A program made the position numbers and the translations under genes. The notes under the pieces are model-generated. The model did not search any database, was not told the DNA's origin, and saw only the letters and a list, made by a program, of their open reading frames with translations. A stretch of 64,000 bases of DNA from Lama guanicoe (taxonomy: Eukaryota): NCBI GenBank assembly GCA_013239625.1, contig MU054323.1, forward strand, positions 17,240,029 to 17,304,028, written 5' to 3'. Positions 25,991 through 39,260 of the stretch are shown piece by piece. Every line of letters begins with the position of its first letter. The stretch's first letter is position 1.

Positions 25991-26314
25991 AATCTTCTTT
26001 TCCTATAATCCACAAAAAAGCTAAAAACTTAATTTTAGCCAAATTCCTTCTTTCTTCCCAAATAGAGTGGCCCTATTTTCCAAGTTCCTATCTGAGGAGC
26101 CCAAATGAGTGTAAAATATCCAAAATATGGGGGTGGGGGTGCAAGAGAGAAAGGGTAAAAACAAGACTGGAGGGACACACTAGAGGCTTCTGAAGAGTGG
26201 AGAATTTGTTGTTAATGTGTAGAAAGTACACATAGAATCAAAGGAAATGTAAGAACACTTTCAAGAATTAAAAAGGGTTCTTGATTGGAGACAACTTCCT
26301 AGAGGACCAGCACA

Positions 26315-26775
26315 TCAGTAAGTTTGGGCTCATCTATATATGATGGAAAAACCAGAATCATAGGGGCTTAAATAAGCTAGAAGTTTATTTCTCTCTTCTA
26401 TTTAAAAAAAGAAAAAGGCCATAGATAGGCAATCTACAGCTATTCCAGCAGTTCCTTGGTGTGAAGGACCCAGGTCTCTTCTATCTGCTTTTCTTGGTGT
26501 CTCACCTCTTGGTCCAAGAAGGTTGCTAGGACTCCACCTATCTCACTGGTGTTCATCCAGCAGGAAGGAGGAATGGGAAGAAAAAGATGTGATCTCTCTT
26601 TTAAGGAGACTTCCCAGAAGTCACTCACACTATTTCTACTTATGCCTCATGGGTAGAATCTATTCCCATGGCTACACCTAGCTGTGAAGGAGAAGGGGGG
26701 AGATAGCTTTCTAACCGGGTTACTAAGGAAAATAGGGAAAATGGACAGTGAGTGGCAACTAGCAGTGACTGATAG
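26315..26775. mobile_element. MLT1-type MaLR LTR
   Basis: ggcttaaataagctagaagtttatttctctc...catggctacacctagctgtgaagg. Confidence 0.6.
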
Positions 26776-27717
26776 AGCCAGTAAGGCCTTACATTTGCCT
26801 CTTCTATTCCTTTAGGACAATGAACAACATCTGCACAGAAAAGAATCTTTTAAGAAAAAAATTTCTGTCAATTTAAGAGGAAGAGAAGAACAAGTCAAGC
26901 TGGGAATAAACATAGATTCACTTAGGATAAAGGACAGGGACCTTGACAAAATGACAAGGTGGCTAAGTAAGACTCTGTTCCTCCCACTGCTCACTCCTGC
27001 ATCCTGGCCTCCGCCCTCTAGCCTTCTTCTCCCTTAATCCTCACATCTGCACTGTGAGCTATTATCACTATTGTGCCAATTATACAGGTCAAGAAACTGA
27101 AAGCCCAAAGATTCAGAGACTTGGCCAAACTGCCCATGAAGCTTTGGATAATGAAAAATAATAAAACATGTAGCTGGCTTAGAACCTGCTGTACTGCTCA
27201 CAAAAGCCATATAATTCACAGTGTTGTCTAAATGAATTTGTGCTTAATTTTGACTGTAGATCACCTCCATTAGCCCCTACAGAAAAACCCATTACAAACC
27301 TATTTCACTTGTCACTTGATGTGGGTGATTTCATTTAATGTGGGATACATAGGAAAATCTCTAGCTTTTTGGCTAAAATTATTTTTGGGTCAAATAAACT
27401 GCTTTGAATTCTGATTCAGCGAAGCCCCCTAAGCCCTGTTAAGAGTATTCCACCTACGTTTCTAAATACATAAGAATTTATTTTTATTAGTCACCCCAAA
27501 GATACAAATACCAAGGTCATTACGCCTACTCAATGCCAAGTGACTTAAAAATTAAAAGACTAAGAGAAACAAGAACTTTTTCTTCCGTATTTTTAACTAT
27601 TAGAAATTTTAAACAATTGCATATATAATAAACACTTTTAGTTCTGAAATTATAGGAAAAAAGGATGGTATAAATTACAAGGTACCTGTCATTATCAATG
27701 GCATTTTTTTTTTATAG

Positions 27718-27787
27718 AATCTCTAAAGACATCAAGAAAGCTTCGCAAAACATGGTGTGATGACTACTGGTGGAGTCAGGCCACAAG
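27718..27787 (+). other. ARHGEF33: Putative ARHGEF33 second leader exon, 70 nt
   Basis: Strong acceptor (T-run)atag| and strong donor AAG|gtgagt. Confidence 0.65.
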
Positions 27788-28378
27788 GTGAGTGAAAATT
27801 GCAAAGAACTTTTTACTAGTAAGAACGCAGATAAACTGAGGCTTAGTTAAATCAATGTACTTGTACTTTACTTAGTTTAAACCAGTTCTTGTATTTCATT
27901 CTTGAGGTACAAATATTCCAAATTGTTTTGAAGAATTCTGTAACCCTTCTTTGTTTAAATACAAACAAATGAACGTGTTATGGGAGTCCTTTATTAGTGA
28001 GCAGTCAGAGCTAACAGCCATGTTACATCAGACTTTCTTTGCATTTACGAATACTCGCTCACAGTATTGAGACAATAATGAACTATGGTTGAATTGAGTT
28101 CTATTTTGGATGTCTTTGAGAATTGCAAAAAAAAACCCAAAAAACCTTAAGAATGACAACATTTACTTTACATTCAACTAATAGTTACTGAGCCCCTACT
28201 TTATATTAGGCTTTGTGACAGAATAACTATGTGGGATGGGTAAGTCTTATCCTCCTTTTACAGTTGAGGAAACAGGCTTACAAAGGTTAAGTTATAAGGT
28301 TCCAGGGTCACAAAACTAAATAAGTAACAGAACTAGAATTTGAAGCTAGATGTTTAATGCACTTCAGAGAAAAGTCCC

Positions 28379-28487
28379 AAATATGAAAAACGAATATATG
28401 TGTGTAAATGCATAACTGGGACATTGTGCTGTACACCAGAAATTGACACATTGTAACTGACTATAGTTCAATAAAAAAATTAAAAAG
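28379..28487 (+). mobile_element. Very short young L1 3' end with TSD, next to an antisense MIR (about 28150-28350)
   Basis: TSD agagaaaagtccc (28366-28378) / agagagaagtccc (28488-28500). Confidence 0.8.
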
Positions 28488-30459
28488 AGAGAGAAGTCCC
28501 GTTGTTCAAAGCATTATTTTTAAATTTCAAATCTAAAAAGTACACACTGTGAAACAAACACACTTGATCAAGACAGAAGAGTAGAAGTAAAATGTAAAAG
28601 CCCATCCCTCTTTCCAAGCATAACCACTGTTAGCAGTTTGACGTAAACCCGTCCAAATCTTTCCTTTTGTCCAATGTACTCTGCACTATATCATACTTTC
28701 TGTCTACTTAAAAACGTCAATGAATAGAGGAGGTTGAATTTACTATATATCTTTACTAGTATAAATGTCTGTCTTTAAATAATGACTGAAATGCTCATTC
28801 AGCCATTATTTGGTAACTAACTGTAGAGACTCAAAGAATAGATTTCACTCATTCTTTACTCATAATTTAGTGGAATAGTTCTTAATTTGGTTTTGACAGA
28901 GTAAATATGGATGCTTTTGAGGATCTGATGCCAGATCTGAACCTTCCCCCCAGAAGAAAATGAATCCGCATAGAATTCTGCCTATAATTCAAGGGATTTA
29001 TGCATACCCTGAGAGTATACAGACCCTTCACCTTGTAGGAGTAAGATTTTTTAAATTAGTAATTTAACATAAATACTATAATAGAAGTGCAGACAAGATG
29101 CAATGGCAGCACAGAAAAGCAGGGACTAATTTTACTGAGACATGTCAAGATAAGGAAGAGTGATACTCGCCCAGAGTCTTGATGGACACAAGGAGTCTGA
29201 CACTTTGCCCAGGGCAGGGGAAGGATATCCACAGAGAAAATAACATCTGTAAATCCTAGAGGCCAGAAAGGACAGGGAACCACAAGGCTGTCTTTGTGAC
29301 AGGAGCCCAGCATATATATGGAAGTGACTAAACATGAGTTTGCAGAGCTAGGTAGGGGCAAGATCAAGAAGGGGTTTGTCTATGGTGTTTGGACGCCTGA
29401 ACTTTAGGTATCACCGAAGTATCCTGATCAAGATTTTCATTGGTAGGTGAGAAGCCTATAATTAATGTGTGACTAAATAAATGATCATAGGAATACTAAT
29501 GTGTATGACAGAATAAGATATAAAAAGGAGGTAAGACTATTCGATTCAGATTTGTTGGGGGATGGTTGATGAAATAATATGCTATTAAAAAGATGGTGCT
29601 AAAGTCAAATGGAATTGAGTGGAAGGTCGCTGCTTTCACAAAAGACACTGGGAGATTAAAGCTCTGAAACTGCACTTGTAAGATAAAACTCAGAGTTTGG
29701 GCAGTACATCAGCCCCTCACTGCAGTGAGTCCCGTGAACAGTCAGTGGAAAGCCAGTGTCAGTCACTCAGGTGTGTGCTTCACTCCTGGTCTGCCACACC
29801 CTCTTGCCCTCTATTGTCCTCTAGTAATTCCTGACCCATTTGGTGTCCTACTGACTCTGCGAAGAGTAGGAAAGAGAATGGTGGTAAAATAGGTCAGGTT
29901 CTCAATTCTTCTACACTGAGCATGTATTTGCTTTAAAGTTATTTTTGTAATTTTGTTTCTAAGTAACGTAGTATGAAGCCAGGCTTACAAATAATGTCAT
30001 GGCTGGTGCATTTCTATTTGGCTGTAAACTAATATACCCTACCCAAAAATCCAGTATTAGTCTCACCTCCTATTTGTTGGCAGTGGCTTCATAAGTGAGG
30101 TAAGACAATGAAGTCTCAAAGATATTTCACTTGATAAATATTTATTATTTATTTAAAAATTTACTTAGATGCTATAAAGCCTTTGAAGACTAACCTTGTA
30201 CATATATTATACATGCTATTTTGTGTGTATAATGCATAATATATGTATTTTTAAATACAAAGAAGCTTTTCGTCCTTACCAAAGGGTAGTGCCATGAAAG
30301 ATTTCTCAGCCTACATGTTTAGATAGTGAACTTTTGTTAAAACAAAATTTACAATTTAGGTGACATTGCACTGATTTTTCCAGCTTGCCTTTCTACCTCA
30401 TTACTTTTTTTAAATGTGTCTCCTTGCTATTAGTAGAAATAAATAAAGTTCTGTGTTGT

Positions 30460-30775
30460 TTTCTTTTTCCCCAGCTTTACTGAGGCATAATTGATAAATA
30501 AAATTGTAAGGTATTCAAAGTGTGCAACGTGATGATTTGACATATGTATACATTGTAAAAGGATCTCCCTTACTGAGTTAATTAACACACCCATCACCTC
30601 ACACATTTACCTTTGTCTTTTTTTTTGGTGCTAACATTTAAGTTCTACTCTCAGCAAATTTCAATCACACAATTCTGTCTCATCAACTACAGTCATCATG
30701 TTATACATTAGATCCTCAGGCCTTATTCATTTTAAAACTGAGAGTTTGTATCCTATTACCAACCTCTCCCTAATG
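30460..30775 (-). mobile_element. L1 3' end fragment, antisense
   Basis: cagctttactgaggcataattga...catttaagttctactctcagcaaatttca. Confidence 0.75.
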
Positions 30776-32029
30776 TTTTCTCTAGGGAAAGAAATCATTA
30801 ACCATAAACATCCTCTGGAATTTAATTAAATTCAACTCAAATTTGAGTTGAGTGCCCACTGTAAAAAGTTCTCAAACTTTTCATATCAGAGGAATGTGAA
30901 CAAATGATATAAATGTATTTATCTTTAAAACTCGAGCTAACTTTGCATACCTTACTATGAAATATCTGAGCCTTTAAAAATATATAGTAATTTTAAAAAT
31001 TGCTTACCATTGGGTAAAATTGGTACTATAAAGAGATAATCTATGTTTATCCTGAGGCTTAAAGTCCAGCACTCTCATTTGGTAAGAACCAGATACTCAC
31101 CAGGTGCAATGGATATGAATAAGAAATAATGCCTGCCCTAGTTAGTTTATAGTGTTGTGTGGGAAACAGACACAGAGACTACTGCCTATAAATCCCAGCA
31201 GGGAGAGACACTAACAACATGGTATGAGAATGTAGTAGAAGGGCTGACTAATGATGACTTGGAGGACCAGGGTAGGCTTCATAGAGAAGGCAGTGCTTGA
31301 ATTGAGCCTTGAAGGATGAGAAATATTTCATTAGGTAAGGAAAGATATTTGAAGCATAGAAGATGGGAGGAACAAAGGTACATGGGCAAGTGTTTGATGA
31401 AATGCATGAACTGTGATCATCTACACATCTGTATCACACATACTGACTACTCTGAGGTTTTATTTGAAATACTATGAAACAGAGAAACAAATCAAGTAAA
31501 TCCAGCTAGTCCAGACATTAGCTGTTACAAGTAGCAAAATCACATCGACTAGAGTCTAACTTGTACAGGGACATGTAGGGAGCCCCACCCAGGTAGCCTC
31601 TTCAAGGTTCAGAAGAAGAAACGGATAGGGTGAGGTAGTGATCTGCAGAACTGATGAGCTGGAGTTAGGGAGAAGGGGCTCCTGAGATACAAAATTAAGG
31701 TCCAACAAGCAGAGCTGGTTGGAGAGATCTGAGGCAGACTAAAATTTTGGCCCTCAATCAAACGGATCTTCTTTCATTATTCAACATTTGAATGGAACAG
31801 AGGCTGACTCCTTCATGGAGGTAGAGTGGAAACAGAGGAGTCTCGAGGGTAGTACTAGGCCTCCCATCCAGGGTCCAGAGCAGGTCAGCTCTGGCCTCTC
31901 ACTGGCTACACCACTCAGCAAAACAAAAATCTCACAATAAAACCAGACTCACCCTTCTTAGAAGGCTTTTTGGCAACCATTAGTTGCCACTCAAGCCTGC
32001 ATCAAGTTTATCCCATCACCCCCCACCCC

Positions 32030-32053
32030 AACACACACACACACACACACACA
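32030..32053. repeat. (CA)n microsatellite
   Basis: Directly visible. Confidence 0.9.
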
Positions 32054-32489
32054 TATATTCACACATCCTCAAGATGCTTCTCGAAACATTCCTTTCTATC
32101 ACATAAGACACCTTCCTTGAGAGAATTCCTGGTAAGTATGGTTTTGTCCGTCTCACATTGCCAGGGTTCTTTCAGAACCTCTGAAAGATTTGTGTTGCAC
32201 AGCCCCTTAATCAAGCTCTAACCCCATATTCAGGCTCAAGATTGCCAAGCAACTGATTGTTGGGGGCTCCCTCCCTCTCCACAGCTGGGCCGAGGGGGCT
32301 CTGTGGACGCAAGCTCTCCACTCTGGCTCCTGAAGTGGTAACCAGCGCCTGCACAGTATGCACCTATGAGCTAGGGGCTCGGGGCCGCAGGAGAAGCTTA
32401 GCATACAGTCCCTACTTTTAAAGACCTTTGAAACTAGACCCCTCAGGAGGATCTAATGTTTGCTTTTTCTTCTATCTCTATTGATTTTA

Positions 32490-32617
32490 TGTGTGTGTGT
32501 GGGAGGGGTAATTTAGGTTTGTTTATTTATTTATATGAAGGTACTGGGGATTGCACCTAGGACCCTGTGCATGCTAAGCCAGCACTCTACCACTGAGCTA
32601 TACCCTCCCCACTCTTT
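32490..32617 (-). mobile_element. tRNA-derived SINE (camelid-type) with TSD
   Basis: Antisense A and B boxes; TSD tatctctattgatttta / tatctctgttgatttta. Confidence 0.85.
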
Positions 32618-35603
32618 TATCTCTGTTGATTTTAGGCTAGAGCATGCAGCTTTGTCCTAGGCAAAATTGCCAAGGTTAGTAATAATCACTACAAGAGACT
32701 TATTAATCATACCAGAGACAGAGCTAAGCAGACTCTTAGACAGGTTAAGCAATATTCCCAAGGTCATGAACTATTTAAATAACGGAGTAAAGATTTGAAT
32801 CTAGATGCGCCACACTTCAAAGCTCACATTCTCCATCCCCATCCCCTATTGGCACTTAGCTTGTCTCTCAGTGTTGCTCTCAAACAGTTAAAGTGCTAAC
32901 TGGTAACAGAGTAAACAACGTACGTTAAAAAATAAAAACTCTCAAGATTCAGAGGAATAAAGTCATAGTGTTGATGACAGTGAGGTTGTTACATTTGGGC
33001 AAGAGGCCTGACCTGATAGTCTTTTTATTCCACTTATTTATGAGGCCCACCTCACTGAGATTAAAATGGCATTATCAAATCCCATAATTACCATATTTGT
33101 ACAAGAAACTGGAGCTCTGCTGTGAACTACTTTATATTTCGGTCAAAACAGGAGCTTATGACTTAGTCAAGTCACTTAACCTCTGGACCTCATTTTATTT
33201 GTAAAGCGACAGGGTTTGGCTGGCTGATCTCTGTGTAATCCTTCAGCTTCATCTTCTTTACCACATATGCTGAATCCTTCGAGTATATTGCAAGTTGTTC
33301 TGTTGGGTGTGGTTTGGCTTGGTCTTTCTAAACCATGATATCAGTTCATCTGTCTATTCCACATCTATTTATTCGGGGCCTATTCTGTGTAAGACCCTGT
33401 TTTAGACCTTGCGGAGTGCAGAGTAAATAAAAATGTCCATGCCCTCATGAAGAAGAGGTGATGGACCAAGGTGATCAATGAACAAATGAGCAGATAGCAC
33501 TGTCGTCTGGTGGTAAACGCTGTGGAGAAAACTAAAGCCATGAGAGGGAGGCAGGCCAGGCAATGAGGGCTGGGCCCTGCTCTTACATGTGTGCTCAGGA
33601 AAGGCCCTTCTAAAAGAGTGACATTTAAACACACACCAAGAGCCTTAGAATTTTTTTATCCTTAAAGTATGATAATAGGATATTGAAATTTGACATGAGC
33701 TTGAAGTTGTCAAGAGAGAGGAACAAGTGGACCCTGGCAGAGGTGCATAAGCTCTTAAGTATCAACCTCACTGTGGGTCTCAGGATTTTCACAAAAGAGC
33801 TTTTCTTGTTTCTGATTCTAAACATTTTATATTAACATTTTAATGACTTTTCAAATGTACTGCATTTACTTATTTATATAATTTTTGTCAATGGGGAGTA
33901 TGCCTATAAACAGTAAATTCAAAAGGCAATGAAAACTGAATTTACAGGATTTTAAGAAGCAGAAATTTGATTTGCACGTAAACTTTGCATCCAGATTTAC
34001 AGTGTTTGTCTCCTCAGCTTGACAAACCACAGACTAGAGGAAGGACCTAAGCTTAAGAATGTGTGGGAAGGAGTTAAAGATTCAAGGACTAAGCTGGAAA
34101 TACTGCTTTCAAAGGGGTGGATGTGGGTTTTTTCACCCTCACCCTGAATTCCTAGATCTTGCACCTACCGACTCATTCACTGCTTCTCTCATATTTGTTT
34201 TGGAGACCAGGAGTATGGATCCCCAAGAAGATGAATGACAGACCTTAGAGACCAAAGGCAGGTCCCCTGAGTGTTAAGAGGAAAGAAGTGTGCATTCAGA
34301 ATGGTGCATTCCAAATGGGTGGAGGAAGAAAAGGATTGATTTCATCTCCATCTCCAAAACATTTAGGATCTAATATACATAACAAAGGCTAAGCCATCGC
34401 AGATCATCTTGTTTTAGACTCTGTTACTCTGCAAATGCCCTTTAGGACTGAAATGGAGCATTAAATCCCTTTGTTCCACTCTCCCAGCCTGGATTTCCTG
34501 TGGCCAAATAATTTCTCCCTTAGTTTTTACTTCCACGACTACAGATTACCAGATTGTTAGGTAAGAGAACACCTAACAAGTGATTATTAATAATTAATTA
34601 ACACCTAATACATTAGGGGAGGATTATATGCTAAACAGTTACCACCGACAGTGTTCAGCAGGTTTCTCATCCTAGCCAACCAACTTTCATTGAGCTTCTA
34701 CTCTTATAGAACAGGCACCAAGAATACTAAGAGGTAGAAAAAAATAGCCTCTTTTCTCCAGTTTATCAACTATTTAGAAAATGAGATTACATACCTAAGA
34801 TAAGTAACAGCAGAAAATTGTGATTTGGGTTCCAATTGAGTTCTACTTACATTTGGAGAAAAGGGGTAATATCCTATTGGACTAAAGTGAACGTCCCAAA
34901 GAGGGAATGGGCCTGAATTAGACTTTGGGGCTTGAGTAAGGATTTGAGAATTGGAATAGGCAGACCAGGAGGGCAGACCAGCCACAGGGAAGGAGAGAGA
35001 CAAGATAGGAATGCGTTGAATAAGAGGAGGCTGGAATATTTCCTACATATCAGAAACAATGTTGAAGAGGAAGGTCAGGGACACTGTGGAGGACCTTGAG
35101 GTTTGTTGTCTATTTTGTTAAGAAGAGAGCTATCCAAGAGTATGAACAAGGGCAAAAGATGATCAAAGTGACATTTAGAGAAACAGAATCTAGCAGCAGT
35201 AGTGTGTTGATAAACCAATTAGGATGACATATAGATGTTTAGGAACAAAGCAGTCTGAACCAAAGAGGTGAGAACGAAAAGGAAGGAGAAAATCTGAGAA
35301 GCCGTATAAAGGAAGACTCAGAAGGATTTCACTACTGACGGATCATAGGATGAGAGGAAAATAATTCCAAGGTCTTAAGTCTGGGTCAATGGTGGTGTTA
35401 GTGACAGAGCCTAGGAAGTCTGAAGAGGGTACCTGTACAGGCTGAAGATGACCCATGTGATTTAAACAGGCTGAGTTAGAGGATACTGTGGAACGGCCAA
35501 GTGAAAATAGTCATTGGAAAGAAACGTAAGTCCAACAAAGGAAAAAAAATCAGAAAGAACAGATAGTTTTGTTTCCTTCTCTCAAAATAAAGACCTGAAT
35601 ACT

Positions 35604-35650
35604 AAAACAAAACAAAACAAAACAAAACCAACCAACCAAACAAACAAAAA
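35604..35650. repeat. (AAAAC)n/(AACC)n simple repeat
   Basis: Directly visible. Confidence 0.85.
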
Positions 35651-38600
35651 CTAGCTAAAACTACATAGTGGAAGAATTAGGAATTAGGAAATTGTGAACT
35701 GCTTAGTATAATTTCAGTTTGGGGTCCAGTGGGTCTTTTGGTGTTTGTTTTTTAGATTGAACAAAAGGGCAGTTATGGAAGATTCTGGACTGAGAACTGG
35801 GGAAGGAAGACCATTGGTGGCCATATCACCATGTTGCTGAGTAATATTTGGAGACATCCTGCTAGATTGTAGCCTCAGCATTTCAGAGGTGCAAGGACTT
35901 TGAGAGCCTCCTCATACTAGAGATGAGGAAATGGAAGCCCAGAGAGGGTGCCTGGCTTTCCCACAGCTGCCCAGCCCCACAGCAAGTGAGAAGTGAGAGT
36001 CAGCGCTCACTCCAGTATTCCCTCCTTTCCCTGACACTGCCAGTCAGCAGATGCACTTTCTTCCTGACTCTTTGGGGAATACTGTCTCATAGTTCTATGG
36101 CAGGAAGCCTGATGAAAATGTTTACAGATTGCATTATCAAAAAGCAAAGTGGATGATCTGAGAAGAGCCCTAAGCACATAGCAATGTAGGCAGGAGATGT
36201 GGGGCAGCCTGTGTGTGCTTGTCAGAGTGACTTGCCATCAGGTAAGGCAACCATTTCAAGTGACATCAGAGCAAGATGAACAGGCATAACCTACACAGGG
36301 AATGATTTCCTGCAGTGTGTGTAAGCGGCCCTAGATTTCAAGTGAGCTTGTTCAGCATCTTTCCATATTTTTTTAAACATTTTTATTGATTTATAATAAT
36401 TTTAAAATGTTGTGTCAATCCATATATTTTTTAGAGGTTCTGAAGAACTGGATTGCTATCCAACCACCTGGGATGGGAGAAGTATGTAATTCAGTTTGGA
36501 GGCAGGAGGATGGAGCACTTCTATACCATGTTTTATTTACTTATTTCTGTCCCAGTTTGTTTCAAAAAGGAAACTGAAACAGTGCAACACGAGATTTAGG
36601 AATCAGAACACAGCTTCTCAGTAAAACCAGCCCCAATGTGCCCACCGTGTTCTGGTCTCTTTATGGAATGTTCTAGGCCTTTTTCCCTTGTGCCAGATTT
36701 AGCAGATGTGGTAAGAAATTACCCATTGATTGGGTTCAGTATGCCTTAGCTCTAAGGAGGACATGCATGAAATAGGCTAAAAGTTAAGAAGAAATGATCA
36801 AACTAATGATGAATTTACATTTGTCATCAATCAATAAATACGTTGACTATTTCTTATATCTAGGGTACTATGCTGTTGGGCTCCAATAATAATGGGTTAT
36901 TAGATGACCCTTGCCTTAGTGAGGATAGAGAACAGTTGAGAATGGCCAAGGCAGGCTTATGAAGGGTATGAGACAAGAACTGCCCTTTGAAGGTGGAGCA
37001 GGAAGGACTTGGGTTGGCAGAGGGCAGAGGGTTTTAGGCAGGGAAACTGCAGGGACTGGGGTCCTCAGGTAGGAATGCATAAGGCCCATGGGTAGACTAG
37101 TCCTGCAGGGCGAATGCTGTGGTTTCAAGAGAACATTGCTGAGCCCTGTGAGTGGTGCACAGGCTGTGGCCTATTCTAACTGAGGTCATAGATTTGCACA
37201 ATTTGTCTGATTTCCAAGTCCTGGAGTTCATCAGGAGGCAGTGGGAAATTAGTCATTCTGAAGATCGGATTTTACTCTATTCTCCTTTTTAGCAGTTCTG
37301 AAAGTGCCAAAGGCAGATCCAAATTGGATGTCATTTCATCTGAGCTATGAAAAAAATTCTCCCAGGAGTGTCAACAGTAACCTGGTTTCCCCTCTCACCT
37401 AAAATAGGCTGCCAGTGGTAACCGATGCTCTATTTCACAAGGTACTACTAACTCAGCTACGCGATTCAGATCCTGTGAGTCCTGCCACTGCTTCTGCTTT
37501 AGCAGGAAGCATACTTCCTGAGGACTAGTTAAGGATTTACCCTCTGCAAGTGAGGATCACCCCTCGGGCTGGAGGGGGCTCTCTCTCGAGCTCAGGGCTC
37601 CCTCCCCTCACAATTCTCATTATCTTCCTTCTCTTCCAACTGGGACTTGCCTAGTGAAAATACTACAGTACTTAATTTTCTTTGAAAGTTGGTATTTACC
37701 TTGTATTCGGCGACTCTGTGCCCTCTGTCCCTTGCATAGCATGTCTCTGGGAGGCTCTTAACTTTCACTCAGATGAATCCAGGGAGAGAACCTGTTTACA
37801 AGGTTGAAATTAAAATGAGTCAAACCAGGATTAGAAAAGAGATAGAGCACATCTTCCTCCCCAGACCCACAGCTCATGAAGCATCCAGGCTCCCCAAGTC
37901 AGGTTCCAACAGCTTTATGTACGCCAATTAATAAAAGGAGTTGGAAGAGCTTCTAGAAGTATTATGGTCTGAAATTCGGGTAGGTTTTGATGTCCTAAAT
38001 GAGGCATTCTTAAATTTAAAATAATTATCTCTTTGGACTGTTTTTTATGTGTAATAGCATGCTAGGGTTCTTTTTTCTGATTGATGTAGCAACTCAACCA
38101 AATTACTTTATCTTGACTGTTATTAGGCAGACAAAACAAACAAAAAATAACGCTGGTGGAATGTAGGAGGGAGGGCCTTTATTATTCCATACTCAGATGT
38201 AAGGAACCTCTGTGTGTTCTATGCACTTTGGAACTGCCCACGCTCCGTGCTTTGCCCCTCTCTCACTGGCTCTGGACACCCTAAGGTTGCGGGCAGCTGT
38301 GGTGTATTGGTTATAATTAGTTTTGGTGCAGGGCAATTTGTTAGGAAATCCTGCTCTCTCTTGGTTCATCAATGGTGGGTACAGGGATATATTTCTGCCA
38401 GTGAAATTTTGCTTAATAAAATAGGGATTTGTTTCCCTAACAAAATTCCCTCCAGGCTAAACTCCTTCTATATTTACCACTAATTATTTTTTGCTTATGT
38501 GAAGCACATGTGATAAAGAGCAAGTTTCTCTTGTCTATCGGATGAGAATTCAATTCACTTCCATAAACGTTTGTTGAGCACAAGCTGAGAATGTGGCAAG

Positions 38601-39108
38601 GAGCTGGGATACAAAGATGAATAAAATGCACCTTCTTCTGCTTACAGTCTGGTAAGGGAACTAGTATTCAGGTAGTAAACCAACGATGGGATGGCCTTAT
38701 GACTTGATTCTGTGGCAGGGGCCACTCAATTTCTAGCAAAACCTATATTTGCAGAAGGTCAAGTAAGAGGCTGATTTAAGGACCAAAATCATTTTCAAAA
38801 TAAAGCTACTTATTATTTGGGATGTCTGGTGACAGTCTTATTTTAATTCTTTAATTTATTGCCCTTGCCATCATAAATTGCTATGTATTCAAGGACAATT
38901 TGATTATATATATGTATTTGGGGAAGTGGGTATAAAAAGTTACATTATTGCTAAGGTAACCTCATTTTAAACACGTGCATACATACCTATGTATTATGAA
39001 ATTTGCCTTACCTCCTTATCATTTTGCTTCTAAGGGTAACATTGTGCTCTTTGTTTTTGGTTTTTTGTTTTTGCATTGTATTGATTAATGAATTATATTT
39101 ATAGATTT

Positions 39109-39260
39109 TTTTGGGTTTTCTTTTAATTAAAAAAATTGTGTGGTGGGAAGTAATTAGGTTTTTATCCATTTATTTATTTTAATGGAGGTACTGGGGATTG
39201 AACCTAGGAACTCGTGCATGCTAAGCACACACTCTACCACTGAGCTATACCCTCCCTCCA
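39109..39260 (-). mobile_element. tRNA-derived SINE
   Basis: ggaggtactggggattgaacctagg...ccactgagctataccctccc; flanked by atagattt on both sides. Confidence 0.85.
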
